DNA of 64,000 nt from Thermodesulfobacteriota bacterium (GTDB lineage: Bacteria; Desulfobacterota; Desulfobulbia; Desulfobulbales; SURF-16), in NCBI GenBank assembly GCA_039715015.1, contig JBDLIE010000001.1:1-64000 (forward strand). Direction: 5' to 3'. The notes below the pieces were generated by a model. It saw nothing but the letters and a program-made list of their open reading frames with translations, did not search any database and had not been told where the DNA came from. Positions 1 to 9,729 of the stretch are shown here, piece by piece (within the stretch, counting starts at the first letter, position 1; every line of letters starts with the position of its first letter). A program made the position numbers and the translations under genes.

Positions 1-11
1 TAAACAAATAA

Positions 12-54
12 AAAAGGAGATACTTGGTTGCTAGTGAACCAAATATCTCCTTTT
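12..54 (-). terminator. Probable intrinsic terminator downstream of ettA
   Basis: Inverted repeat AAAAGGAGATAcTTGGTT...AACCAAaTATCTCCTTTT, followed on the minus strand by a T-rich run. Confidence 0.6.
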
Positions 55-113
55 CTTCAGCCTTCAGCCTTCAGCCTTCAGCCTTCAGCCTTCAGCCTTC
101 AGCCTTCAGCCTT
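55..113. repeat. Perfect heptamer tandem repeat (CTTCAGC)x8 plus CTT
   Basis: Directly visible; lies between the ettA stop codon and the terminator hairpin. Confidence 0.97.
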
Positions 114-119
114 TTAACC

Positions 120-1802
120 TTATCTCGTCAAATGACGGTACTTGATCCTGTGCGGCTGGCACGCCTCTTCGCCCAGTCGTTTCTTGCGATCCTCCTCATA
201 CTCGGTGTAGTTACCGTCAAAGAAGTTGACCTGGCTGTCGCCTTCAAAGGCCAGGATGTGGGTGGCGAGGCGATCTAAAAACCAGCGATCATGGCTGATG
301 ACCACGGCGCAGCCGCCGAAGTTTTCCAGGGCCTCTTCCAGGGCGCGCAGGGTATTGACATCAAGATCATTGGTGGGTTCATCAAGGAGGATGACATTGG
401 CGCCTTCCTTCAGGATGCGGGCCAGATGGACCCGGTTGCGCTGGCCGCCGGAGAGCAGGCCCACCTTTTTCTGTTGCTGGCTGCCGGAGAAGTTGAAACG
501 GCCCACATAGGCCCGGGAGTTGACTTCCTTGTCGCCCAGAGGCAGGACATCCATTCCGTCTGAGATCACCTCCCAGATGGTCTTTTCCGGGTCAAGGACA
601 TCGCGGGACTGGTCGACATAGGCCAGTTTGACGGTGTCGCCCAGGGTTATAGCGCCACTGTCCGGCTCTTCCTGGCCGGTGATCATCTTAAAGAGCGTTG
701 ATTTACCGGCGCCGTTGGGGCCGATGACACCGATAATGCCGCCTGGTGGCAGGGAAAAGCTCATGTCCTCCACCAGGATCTGGTCACCAAAGGCCTTGCT
801 GACATTTTTGGCCTCAATGGCAATATTGCCAAGACGAGGGCCGGGCGGGATGAAGATCTCCAGATCTTTGATGCGGGCCTCCTGGTCCTGGTTTATCAAC
901 TGGTCGTAGCTCTTGATTCTGGCCTTGGATTTGGCATGGCGGCCTTTGGGGCTCATGTTGATCCATTCCAGCTCGCGCTTCAAGGTCTTTTGACGGTCGG
1001 TTTCCTCCTTTTCCTGCTGGGCCAGTCGTTTTTGTTTCTGGTCGAGCCACGAGGAGTAATTGCCCTTCCAGGGAATGCCTTTGCCCCGGTCCAGTTCAAG
1101 AATCCAGCCTGCGACATTGTCGAGGAAATAACGATCATGGGTGACGGCAATGACTGTGCCCTCGTAACGCTGGAGATGTTGCTCCAGCCAACCCACGGTT
1201 TCAGCGTCAAGATGGTTGGTGGGCTCATCAAGCAGGAGGATGTCCGGTTTTTGAAGCAGGAGACGGCAGAGCGCCACCCGGCGCCGTTCACCGCCGGAGA
1301 GGACGTCACAAGCTGCATCAGCGGGCGGGCAGCGCAGGGCGTCCATGGCCATGTCGAGGCGGGCGTCAAGATCCCAGGCCCCCATGTGGTCAAGCTTCTC
1401 CTGAACCTCACCCTGGCGGCTGATGAGGGCGTCCATCTCGTCATCATCCATGGGTTCGGCAAATTTATTGTTGATCTCGTTAAACTCGGCCAGCAGATCA
1501 ACAATCTCCTGCACCCCTTCCTCAACCACCTCTTTAACGGTCTTGCCCTCGCCCAGATCAGGCTCCTGTTCCAGGAAGCCCACGGTAAGGCCAGGGGAAA
1601 TCGATGTCTTGCCCTGGAATTCTGTGTCTTGGCCGGCCAGAATGCGGAGCAGCGAACTTTTACCAGAACCATTCAGGCCCAGAACACCGATTTTGGCACC
1701 ATAGAAGTAGGAGAGGTTGATGTTCTCCAGAATGGGGGTTTTCTCATAATGCTTGGAAACATTGATCATGGAATAGATGATCTTATTGGGCTCGTCACTC
1801 AT
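120..1802 (-). CDS. ettA: Energy-dependent translational throttle protein EttA (ABC-F ATPase)
   Basis: 560 aa, two ABC domains (GLNGSGKS/LSGGE/LLDEPTNHLD and GPNGAGKS/LSGGQ/LLDEPTNDLD). N-terminal LSYFYGAKIGVLG and C-terminal PHRIKYRHL are typical of EttA; no membrane segments. Confidence 0.95.
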   Translation of the reverse strand: MSDEPNKIIYSMINVSKHYEKTPILENINLSYFYGAKIGVLGLNGSGKSSLLRILAGQDTEFQGKTSISPGLTVGFLEQEPDLGEGKTVKEVVEEGVQEIVDLLAEFNEINNKFAEPMDDDEMDALISRQGEVQEKLDHMGAWDLDARLDMAMDALRCPPADAACDVLSGGERRRVALCRLLLQKPDILLLDEPTNHLDAETVGWLEQHLQRYEGTVIAVTHDRYFLDNVAGWILELDRGKGIPWKGNYSSWLDQKQKRLAQQEKEETDRQKTLKRELEWINMSPKGRHAKSKARIKSYDQLINQDQEARIKDLEIFIPPGPRLGNIAIEAKNVSKAFGDQILVEDMSFSLPPGGIIGVIGPNGAGKSTLFKMITGQEEPDSGAITLGDTVKLAYVDQSRDVLDPEKTIWEVISDGMDVLPLGDKEVNSRAYVGRFNFSGSQQQKKVGLLSGGQRNRVHLARILKEGANVILLDEPTNDLDVNTLRALEEALENFGGCAVVISHDRWFLDRLATHILAFEGDSQVNFFDGNYTEYEEDRKKRLGEEACQPHRIKYRHLTR

Positions 1803-1966
1803 GGTCTTCTCCTCAAAGGTATATATCTGGATCGTGGGACCGCCTGTGGCAGGTCACGGAGGTTTTTAGAGGGCTATTCTAGCCGTGAATGAGCTGAAAA
1901 GGTATGATTTTTTGCAGCGTCGCATGGGAAAGGGGAGATGGTGTCTTTGAGGCAGAAAGAGGTGGG

Positions 1967-3712
1967 CTAGACGGGCCAGCAGTGCACTTGGTTCCGGCCC
2001 CCTTCTTTTGCCGCGTAGAGGGCCTGGTCTGCTTTGTCGATCAGGTTTGTTGGGTCAGCACTTTGACTGGGATAGATGGAGATGCCGATACTCATGGTAA
2101 TAGTCACAGGGGTGGTGCCGCAGGCCAGTCTCAGGGCCTCGATTCCGGCCCGGATCCTTTCAGCCAGGAGCAGGGCTCCTGCCTTGTCAGTGTTTTCGAG
2201 AATAACGGCGAACTCTTCACCGCCATAGCGTGCAGCAAGATCAATAGTGCGTACTGAGCCGTGTAATACCTTTGCCACTTCCCGCAGGACATCATCGCCA
2301 AAGGGGTGGCCGTAATTGTCATTGACCTTTTTAAAATAATCGATGTCACAGAGAAGCATAGCGACCTCTGTGCCCATGCGATGGCAGCGTTCCGTCATAT
2401 TTTTAAGGGCACTTTGAAAGGTGCGGTGGTTTGCCAGGCCAGTGAGGCCATCGGTGGACGCCAGTTGGAAGACCTTTTCATGGGCCCTTCCCAGATCGAT
2501 TTTGGTGGCAATCTGGGAGCCGATAACCTCAAGGATGTTTTGGCGGTCACTGCTAAAAAGGCCTGTTGCCCTGCCGGCCACGATCAGGGTGCCGAGGGGT
2601 TCTTCCTGTTTAAGGATCAGTGGCAGGATAAGCAGCGAGCCGAAACCGTCCATGGGTTTTTCTTGGGAGAAGATGGGGGCCGGACCATTATACTCGGGCC
2701 GGGGCGGCATAGTGCGCTGCATCGTCATGGCCTGATTGACCAGGCAGGTGTCCTCTGAGACCAGTGAACCTTCAAGGTCTTTGGAACCCGGTCCTTGGGC
2801 GAGGACAATGGTATGGTTTTCTTTGTCTCTCAGGGTAATGGCGACAAATTCAGCACCGGTGAGGTTACGGACAGCATTTTCGGTGGCCTTAAAGGCTGTT
2901 TCCAGACCCAGAACACCATTAAGCTCTTGGAGAGCCAGACAAACCTGATTTGTGGCCTTTTTATCACGATCAATGTCGGCAAGCTGCAGGGCCAGAAAGA
3001 TATCAAGGCTGATCTTCCGGCTCGCGGCCCGGAGCAGTTCTTTTTCCTTTTCACTCCAGGAGTCAGCTTTGGCCCGGTCCACGCAGAGGTAGCCGCTGGG
3101 GCAGGAATTATTTATCCTTTCCAAGGTGAGGGCGAAAAAACTTCCCACAGCATGGCCATTCGGATAATAAGGCAGCCCCTGGAAAAGCGGCGTTGATGGC
3201 AGGCCGGCTATCTCCTTTCTCCCCTGTCTGAGGCAGACAAAGATCCCTGACTCAGCCGGGAAGCTGTGGGCAAGCTCCAGCTCCTCCGAAGAATAGGCAG
3301 CCCTGACGTCCAAATTGGTGCCATTTTTGTTTGCCGTTACAAGGATGGCCGTTGTCAGGTTGAGGTTATGGCAAAGAAGCTGAAGTTGCAGGGTAAAAGA
3401 AGCAGCCAGGGCCTCGTTTGTCTGCGGCTGGCTGTAGGCGGAACTTTTTTCGTTGTCAAAGGGAAGATCAGCCGGAGAAGGCGGCGAGCTGGCAGGGGTG
3501 GGGGGAGACTCTAAGCCATTTTGTGGAGCAGGAATAAGTTGAGAAGATGTTTTTCGCCAGAAAAAAGGAGGTATGAGAAGGATAGTTAGGGCAATGAGGT
3601 GCAGGTAGGCAGGTGACTCGTAGCGGCTGATGAGAAAGCCGGCCAGCCACGCTGTCCCAACAAGAAGTCCACCCCAAAGATGAGGTGAGGATTCACTTTT
3701 TTTAACAGGCAT
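1967..3712 (-). CDS. Membrane-anchored GAF-GAF-GGDEF diguanylate cyclase
   Basis: Two N-terminal hydrophobic segments, two GAF-like regions, DGLTGLAN, DIDYFKKVND, RYGGEEF active site with an RxxD I-site (RTID). Confidence 0.9.
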   Translation of the reverse strand: MPVKKSESSPHLWGGLLVGTAWLAGFLISRYESPAYLHLIALTILLIPPFFWRKTSSQLIPAPQNGLESPPTPASSPPSPADLPFDNEKSSAYSQPQTNEALAASFTLQLQLLCHNLNLTTAILVTANKNGTNLDVRAAYSSEELELAHSFPAESGIFVCLRQGRKEIAGLPSTPLFQGLPYYPNGHAVGSFFALTLERINNSCPSGYLCVDRAKADSWSEKEKELLRAASRKISLDIFLALQLADIDRDKKATNQVCLALQELNGVLGLETAFKATENAVRNLTGAEFVAITLRDKENHTIVLAQGPGSKDLEGSLVSEDTCLVNQAMTMQRTMPPRPEYNGPAPIFSQEKPMDGFGSLLILPLILKQEEPLGTLIVAGRATGLFSSDRQNILEVIGSQIATKIDLGRAHEKVFQLASTDGLTGLANHRTFQSALKNMTERCHRMGTEVAMLLCDIDYFKKVNDNYGHPFGDDVLREVAKVLHGSVRTIDLAARYGGEEFAVILENTDKAGALLLAERIRAGIEALRLACGTTPVTITMSIGISIYPSQSADPTNLIDKADQALYAAKEGGRNQVHCWPV

Positions 3713-3842
3713 GGACGTTGTCCTTGTCCTTAAGCCCCTTCAGGCAGGCTGGTGAAAAAACAACAGCGCCTGGCAATTTTCACTCCTGCCGTTTGCGGTG
3801 TTTTTTGGCAGCCTGCTAAAGATCAGCATTTGATGACCGGGC

Positions 3843-5294
3843 TCATGCAATGCTGAGGCAGTTGTCGCAGGCGTTACAGGTGCCGGCATGATCCATCCCA
3901 AAATAGTCATGGATGAGACCCTTCCGGCAACCTTCTATCTTAATGTATTGTACCATGAGGTGCAGCTTTTTTTGTTCGGAAAGAATTTTGGCGGCGATCT
4001 TTTCTGGGTGAAGTTGGGGAGGAAGAGGGGCGCAGAGGCGGAGGTTACGCTTGGCAAGGGAGCCTTGGCTGACGCCGTAACGTTCAAAAAGGCTCAGGCA
4101 GGTTTCCAGCCGGAAGTCACCCTTATGTTTAAATAGCATTTTCTCCTTGATCCAATCTAGTCCCAGACTGTTTGCCTCGTCAATATCATCATTAAGAATC
4201 TGCCAGAGCCTGCTGTGAAAATCGGCCTCCGGATTATTCCACTTAATAAAATCCATCTGGATGAGGAGGTCAGACTGGTCATAGAGGAGAATGCATTCGG
4301 AGCGCTGGCCGTCGCGTCCTGCCCGGCCAATCTCCTGATAATAAGACTCCATGGAGCCGGGAATCTCAGCATGGATAACCAGGCGGATATTGTCCTTGTC
4401 CACCCCCATGCCAAAGGCGTTGGTGGCCAGAATAAGATTATTGTCTCCTGCCATGAAGGTGTGCTGGATGGCCCGGCGCTGCCCGGCCTCAAGCCTGCCG
4501 TGATAAACAAGATGGGGTATATGCACCTCGTCAAGCATATGGCTCATGGTTTCCAGGGATTTTATCAGGGAAAAGTAGACAATGGCGTTTCCAGGCTCCT
4601 GACCCCGCTTTTCCATAATGGCTGCACGTTTTTGGTCAACCCCAAAGACCTCCTGCACCTTGAGTTCCAGGTTAGGGCGCTCAATGCCCTGGTGAAAAAC
4701 AGCAACCTCGCCTGGTTCCAGGCCCAGCTGTGTGATGATATCTTGCTGAACCTCGGGGGTGGCCGTGGCCGTAAGGGCTATGGTGGTGGGATTGCCGGTT
4801 ATCTCCCTGATTTCAATGAGGCGGGTGTAGTCCGGCCGGAAATCATGGCCCCACTCGCTGATACAATGGGCCTCGTCAACCGCCAGTAGGCTGATGGAGC
4901 GCTGGGCCAGGATATCGAGAAACTCCTTTTTGCGAAAGCGTTCCGGTGTGACATAGAGGATCTTATAAAGGCCGTCCCCCACCTCTTGATATCGTTGGCG
5001 GCGCTGGGGGGTTGTCAGGGAAGAGTTGATGAAGGTGGCATCAATACCCTTGGCGCGCAGGGAGGTGACCTGGTCCTGCATCAGGGCAATAAGGGGCGAT
5101 ATTACCAGGGTGAGGCCATCGGCCAGCAGGGCGGGAATCTGATAGCAGATGGATTTTCCCATGCCGGTGGGCATCATGACCAGGCAGTGTTTGCCTGCGC
5201 ACAGGGTGTGGATGATCTCTTCCTGGCTTGCCCGGAAATCGGAATGACCAAAGAGGGCTTGCAGGAGGTCGCGTGCATTTTTCATGGCGGCCAT
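3843..5294 (-). CDS. recQ: RecQ-family ATP-dependent DNA helicase (short form, no HRDC domain seen)
   Basis: MPTGMGKS, VDEAHCISEWGHDFRPDY, ALTATA, ATNAFGMGVDK, YYQEIGRAGRDG and a C-terminal Zn-binding C...CNACDNC. Confidence 0.9.
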   Translation of the reverse strand: MAAMKNARDLLQALFGHSDFRASQEEIIHTLCAGKHCLVMMPTGMGKSICYQIPALLADGLTLVISPLIALMQDQVTSLRAKGIDATFINSSLTTPQRRQRYQEVGDGLYKILYVTPERFRKKEFLDILAQRSISLLAVDEAHCISEWGHDFRPDYTRLIEIREITGNPTTIALTATATPEVQQDIITQLGLEPGEVAVFHQGIERPNLELKVQEVFGVDQKRAAIMEKRGQEPGNAIVYFSLIKSLETMSHMLDEVHIPHLVYHGRLEAGQRRAIQHTFMAGDNNLILATNAFGMGVDKDNIRLVIHAEIPGSMESYYQEIGRAGRDGQRSECILLYDQSDLLIQMDFIKWNNPEADFHSRLWQILNDDIDEANSLGLDWIKEKMLFKHKGDFRLETCLSLFERYGVSQGSLAKRNLRLCAPLPPQLHPEKIAAKILSEQKKLHLMVQYIKIEGCRKGLIHDYFGMDHAGTCNACDNCLSIA

Positions 5295-5382
5295 TGTACC
5301 AGAGGTCTGCCTTTTGGCAGTAAATTGTTACGCGTTTTAAAAAAAGAGAAAAAGGCCTTGAAATAATAAAATATTTATCGTA

Positions 5383-5401
5383 GATAGTAATCATTACTAA
5401 T
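5383..5401. promoter_or_regulatory. Fur-family (PerR-like) operator
   Basis: Perfect 7-1-7 palindrome TAGTAAT-C-ATTACTA (5385-5399) in an AT-rich promoter region about 25 bp upstream of the wHTH-rubredoxin genes. Confidence 0.65.
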
Positions 5402-5425
5402 TAATTATCTCAACAGGAGGTTGTA

Positions 5426-5659
5426 ATGGCTAAGTGTGGATGCGGTTCTGAAAAGGGCTTAACGGACGAGCAGAAGAAAATTCTTGGTGCCATGGCTGGT
5501 ATGAGTGATCCTTCGGCCTGTAAAGAAATTGCCGCTGCCGTGGATATGGAGAGCAAGTCTGTGAGCTGTAAGCTGACCAGTCTTAAAAAGAAGGGCTATA
5601 TTGAGAGCCCTGTTCGCTGTAAATACACTATTACTGCAGACGGTAAAGCCGCTCTCTAG
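5426..5659 (+). CDS. Small Cys-rich winged helix-turn-helix protein
   Basis: 77 aa, strong AGGAGG RBS, wHTH pattern (LTDEQKKILGAM...KEIAAAV...VSCKLTSLKKKGYI...YTITADG), five Cys. Confidence 0.8.
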   Translation: MAKCGCGSEKGLTDEQKKILGAMAGMSDPSACKEIAAAVDMESKSVSCKLTSLKKKGYIESPVRCKYTITADGKAAL

Positions 5660-5694
5660 GTCTGTTGATCTCACATTATCATGGGGATAATGTG

Positions 5695-5853
5695 ATGGAG
5701 AAGTATCAGTGCCCCTGTGGTTATGTCTATGATCCCGCCACAGGTGATCTTGCAACTGATGTTGCTCCTGGCCCAGCTTTTAGCGGCCTTCCTCCAGAAT
5801 GGTGTTGTCCGCTCTGCGGGGTGGAAAAGGATTTCTTTAAGAAAAGTGACTGA
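5695..5853 (+). CDS. Rubredoxin
   Basis: 52 aa from ATG 5695: YQCPCGYVYDPATGD...GPAFSGLPPEWCCPLCG..KDFF. Confidence 0.85.
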   Translation: MEKYQCPCGYVYDPATGDLATDVAPGPAFSGLPPEWCCPLCGVEKDFFKKSD

Positions 5854-5889
5854 GTTTGGGAACCTTTATCTCAATTTCAGACTTCCCCT

Positions 5890-5939
5890 GTTTACATAAA
5901 AAAAGCCCCGGCATTTACCGGGGCTTTTTTTATGTAAAC
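5890..5939. terminator. Bidirectional-type intrinsic terminator
   Basis: Perfect 22-bp inverted repeat GTTTACATAAAAAAAGCCCCGG-cattta-CCGGGGCTTTTTTTATGTAAAC. Confidence 0.9.
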
Positions 5940-6020
5940 CCTGAGAATTATCAAGATAACTTGCTATAATGAGATTTTTTAAGACGGGTTTAAGATTGAA
6001 TTATCAAAGGGTGACAGGGT

Positions 6021-7391
6021 ATGGCAGCAAAAAAGCCTTCAGCTGAAGACTGTGCAGTAGATTCATCACGCTGGGAGAAAACTTTTCAGCGCATCAAGAT
6101 GCCCATTGATGAGTTTATCCACGATGATACCACCTCAGGGCTTCTCCTCATGGGCTGTACGGTGCTGGCTCTCTTTCTGGCCAACACAGAACTGGCGCCC
6201 TATTATGATCATATCCGTCACACCGAGATCAGTCTCCACTTTGGCGCCTTTGTTCTCCATCACTCCATTCACCATTGGATAAATGATGGTCTTATGGCGC
6301 TTTTCTTCTTCCTGGTCGGTCTGGAGATCAAGCGTGAAATCCTGGTGGGGGAACTTGCCGTTCTGCGTCAGGCCCTGTTGCCCATAGCTGCCGCTGTTGG
6401 TGGTATGGTAGTGCCGGCCCTTATTTATGCCACAATCAATAAGGGGGGGATGGGTATAAATGGCTGGGCCATACCCATGGCTACGGACATCGCCTTTGCC
6501 TTGGGAGCACTTGTCTTACTGAGGGAACGAGTCCCTAAAGCCCTTTTTGGTTTTTTGCTGGCCCTGGCCATAGTCGATGATCTGGGGGCTGTTATTGTTA
6601 TTGCCCTTTTTTATACCCAGACCATTGTCTGGCAGGCCCTCTTGCTGGCGGCGTTGTTTTTTGTCCTGCTCATTGTCAGTAATCTGGTGGGGCTCCGGGG
6701 GCCCCTACCTTATGCAGTCCTGGGCAGCTGCCTCTGGTTGGCCTTGCTCAAGTCAGGTGTCCATGCCACCCTGGCCGGGGTTCTTACAGCTTTGGCAGTT
6801 CCTGCTAATTCGCGTTGTGCACCGCTGAAGTTCAGTGAGTTGATGTTTGATTTGCTCTGGCGGTTCGAGAAGATTCATGATCCGGAACATTCGGTAATGA
6901 GCAACAGTGAGGTACATGGTGTGTTGCAGGGCCTTGAAAATGGCGTCCATAATATGGCCTCGCCTTTGCAGCGCTTAGAACATGGCCTCCACACCTGGAG
7001 TGCTTTTATAATTTTGCCCCTCTTTGCCCTGGTTAATGCCGGCATTCCCATTGAATTTTCCAACCTGGCAAACGATATTAAAGATCCTGTAACCCTGGGT
7101 GTGGTGATGGGGCTGGTGGCTGGCAAATGTCTCGGCATCTTTTTGAGCGTCTGGCTTCTTGTAAAGTTTGGGGCTTCTCCTCTGCCCAACGGAGTCGCCC
7201 TAAGCCACATCGTCGGAGTTTCCCTTCTTGCCGGTATCGGCTTTACCATGTCGATTTTCATCGGCGAGCTGGCCTTCATGGGGCAGCCGGAGCTCCTTCT
7301 TAATGCCAAAGTAGGCGTCCTCCTCTCTTCGGTCATTGCCGGGGCCAGCGGTTTTGTCTGGCTCTATCTGGTTGGGAACAAGGGCTCGTGA
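6021..7391 (+). CDS. nhaA: Na+/H+ antiporter NhaA
   Basis: WINDGLMALFFFLVGLEIKRE, GWAIPMATDIAFALG, LAIVDDLGA, SGVHATLAG, LAGIGFTMSIFI. Confidence 0.96.
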   Translation: MAAKKPSAEDCAVDSSRWEKTFQRIKMPIDEFIHDDTTSGLLLMGCTVLALFLANTELAPYYDHIRHTEISLHFGAFVLHHSIHHWINDGLMALFFFLVGLEIKREILVGELAVLRQALLPIAAAVGGMVVPALIYATINKGGMGINGWAIPMATDIAFALGALVLLRERVPKALFGFLLALAIVDDLGAVIVIALFYTQTIVWQALLLAALFFVLLIVSNLVGLRGPLPYAVLGSCLWLALLKSGVHATLAGVLTALAVPANSRCAPLKFSELMFDLLWRFEKIHDPEHSVMSNSEVHGVLQGLENGVHNMASPLQRLEHGLHTWSAFIILPLFALVNAGIPIEFSNLANDIKDPVTLGVVMGLVAGKCLGIFLSVWLLVKFGASPLPNGVALSHIVGVSLLAGIGFTMSIFIGELAFMGQPELLLNAKVGVLLSSVIAGASGFVWLYLVGNKGS

Positions 7392-7424
7392 CAGGTTTGC
7401 AGCCATCATTGGTTCTCCAGTAGC

Positions 7425-7620
7425 GCCTTGCCGGTAGGATTCCAGAATCTTCTGGTAATCCTCCGGCGTGTCCATATCCATCACTATCCGGGTCCTTGTT
7501 CCAGACGATGGTAACAGGAAGACTTTGGATAACCTCTTCAACGGCCTGGCCGGATGGACCCAAACCCACGATGACGTCTTTTAGTCCGGCCGGTGAGACG
7601 ATGCGCTGGATCGCCCCTGT
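7425..7620 (-). pseudogene. Internally deleted MocA/YgfJ-like nucleotidyltransferase remnant
   Basis: Minus-strand AGLKDVIVGLGPSGQAVEEVIQSLPVTIVWNKDPDSD (N-terminal part) abuts, out of frame, VMDMDTPEDYQKILE (the DxDTPEDY C-terminus of this family). Confidence 0.65.
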
Positions 7621-7649
7621 TGGGAAACCCTCCTCAAGGAGGACCTTCA

Positions 7650-7769
7650 TCAGGCCGCCCTCACTGGATTATCTGCAGGCAGGCCTTCAATGGTGGTGAT
7701 TTTTTTGGCCTGGGCAGCCTTGACCGGAAACTGACAGGAGCGCAGCGCTTCACCTTCAACTTGGAGGAC
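7650..7769 (-). pseudogene. Fragment of a CoxS/IorA-type (2Fe-2S) subunit of a molybdenum hydroxylase
   Basis: Manual translation VLQVEGEALRSCQFPVKAAQAKKITTIEGLPADNPVRAA-stop matches the GxxxRSC...ITTIEGL signature; no start and no C-terminal Cys motif. Confidence 0.7.
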
Positions 7770-8040
7770 AGGAGGAGATGCTTTGTGGTCATGATTGGTA
7801 AATGGCGTCACAACTCCGAGCTCCGCCTAAAAAATAATCTCAACGTCGGATATCTCCATAACCTTTGAGCCAGGCGATGACGGCTGGGCTGACTGGAAAG
7901 GGGCTTGCAGGGGAAATCATTTGAAATAAAAGAGGCGGCTAAGAACTCTTTTAGGATAACAGACCAAGAAACGACATCGGTTTTAAAAGCGAGGAAACGT
8001 GTCATGACAAAAAAATAGAGTCTGGCAGGGAGCGAAACCT

Positions 8041-9327
8041 ATGGAATCGACATTTGCAGATGCCCAAAAGCGACTCACTGAGGTGTTTAAACATTTCGAA
8101 CTCACCGACGATGTCAGAGAGAAACTTAAACGCCCGAAACTTTCGCTCACGGTCAGTATCCCGGTGCGGATGGATGATGGCAGTCTCAAGGTTTTTACCG
8201 GTTATAGGGTTCAATTTGATGACACACGCGGCCCCACCAAGGGGGGGATCCGTTATCATCCAGATGTTTCGCTTGATGAGGTGACTTCCCTAAGTTTCTG
8301 GATGACCATTAAATGCGCTGTGATGAATTTGCCCTTTGGCGGTGCCAAGGGTGGAGTTATCGTCAACCCCAAGGACCTCTCCCGCCTTGAGTTGGAACGT
8401 CTTTCCAGGGGGTATATTCGTGAAATTGCCGATATTATCGGGCCGCAAAGGGATATCCCTGCCCCTGATGTCTATACCAATGCAACAGTGATGGGGTGGA
8501 TGGCGGATGAGTATGCTCAGATCAAACGCCAGCAATTGCCTGGAGTCATTACCGGAAAACCGGTTCATCTGAACGGATCCCAGGGAAGAGAGGCGGCAAC
8601 CGGACGAGGCGCCTTACATGTTCTCCTGGAATGGATTAAACGTGAAAATCTCTCCCCCGAGGAGCTGAGTGTAGCTGTCCAGGGTTTTGGAAATGCAGGC
8701 TATAATTTTGCAAAACTTGCCCATCAGGCAGGTTTTAAAATAGTGGCAATTTCCGATTCAAAAGGCGCCATTGCCTATAAAGGAGGCTTGGATCCGGAAA
8801 AGGTTATGGCCCATAAGGAGGAGAAGAAGGACCTCAAGTCCATGATCTACTGTGACGGTTCTGTCTGTGACCTCCAGCGCTATGAAAAAATAAGCAGCGA
8901 GAAATTGCTGGAGTTACATGTTGATGTCTTGGTACTGGCTGCCCTGGAAAATCAGATTCATAAAGAAAATGTTAAGCGGATCAAGGCCAAACGGATCCTC
9001 GAAATTGCTAATGGCCCGGTGACCTCGGAGGCCGATATGATTTTGGAGGGGAAGGGGATTCCTGTCCTGCCCGATGTCTTGGTAAATGCCGGCGGCGTCA
9101 CAGTGAGCCATTTTGAATGGGTCCAGAATAGAGCTGGACTCTATTGGGACAAGCAGCAGGTAAACGCAAAGCTGAAGGACAAGATGACCTTTGAGGCCAA
9201 TGAAATCTTTGACCTTGCAAAGGAAAAAGAAATTTCTCTAAGGAGCGCCGCCTATCTCCAAGGGGTTAAGCGCATAGCTGGAGCTATTTCCGAAAGGGGT
9301 ACCCGGGAATATTTTCAGAACCATTGA
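8041..9327 (+). CDS. gdhA: Glu/Leu/Phe/Val dehydrogenase, probably glutamate dehydrogenase
   Basis: RGPTKGGIRYHP, LPFGGAKGG, DIPAPDVYT, ITGKP, VQGFGNAG, PDVLVNAGGVTVSHFEWVQN. Confidence 0.9.
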   Translation: MESTFADAQKRLTEVFKHFELTDDVREKLKRPKLSLTVSIPVRMDDGSLKVFTGYRVQFDDTRGPTKGGIRYHPDVSLDEVTSLSFWMTIKCAVMNLPFGGAKGGVIVNPKDLSRLELERLSRGYIREIADIIGPQRDIPAPDVYTNATVMGWMADEYAQIKRQQLPGVITGKPVHLNGSQGREAATGRGALHVLLEWIKRENLSPEELSVAVQGFGNAGYNFAKLAHQAGFKIVAISDSKGAIAYKGGLDPEKVMAHKEEKKDLKSMIYCDGSVCDLQRYEKISSEKLLELHVDVLVLAALENQIHKENVKRIKAKRILEIANGPVTSEADMILEGKGIPVLPDVLVNAGGVTVSHFEWVQNRAGLYWDKQQVNAKLKDKMTFEANEIFDLAKEKEISLRSAAYLQGVKRIAGAISERGTREYFQNH

Positions 9328-9729
9328 TGTCTATGTCTTCAGGGCTAGAATTTACCCATGTCAATCTGTTTGATGTCTCTGCCCCATCTAGAAGTACTAT
9401 GCCAACTTACTATAAGATAGCTACGGGCCGCACCTGACGGCTGAGATGTTTCAAAGAGCCCCGTGCAGAAGTGCAGGTGTTTTTGGCTGTCTTGAGACAG
9501 CAGAAATTTTAAATTTTCCTGTAATCTATAGCAAACAGCAGATGTTGAGCGTTGTTCGTGGGAAAATCATTGCAGGCGGGGTATACCGTTGTTAGGGGGT
9601 GGGCTGTTTCTAATTGCCCAAAAGTTTGTTGCGGCCTTTTTACCCGGTGTTTTCTTGATACTGGTCCGGTCCACAAGAAAAGCCATGATGTTGCAGTGAT
9701 CTACCTGGAAGTAAGCAAAAGAGGGAGAA

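Noticed and set aside
24..278. ORF with SLQPSAF repeats
   Set aside because: It is the translation of the heptamer repeat and lies antisense to ettA; no RBS or coding signal.
936..1892. 318-aa ORF antisense to ettA, and similar long shadow ORFs such as 34724-35605, 35911-36816 and 45928-46677
   Set aside because: They lie opposite well-supported genes and have no recognisable motifs; typical antisense shadows.
5426..5659. Possible DsrD, given size and wHTH fold
   Set aside because: It lacks the DsrD motifs (KFYFxD, WSSGST) and there is no dsrAB nearby.
9420..9505. Possible structured RNA between gdhA and the MMPL gene (CACCTG...CAGGTG; GCTGTC-ttga-GACAGC)
   Set aside because: Only short stems, with no match to an RNA family I recognise.
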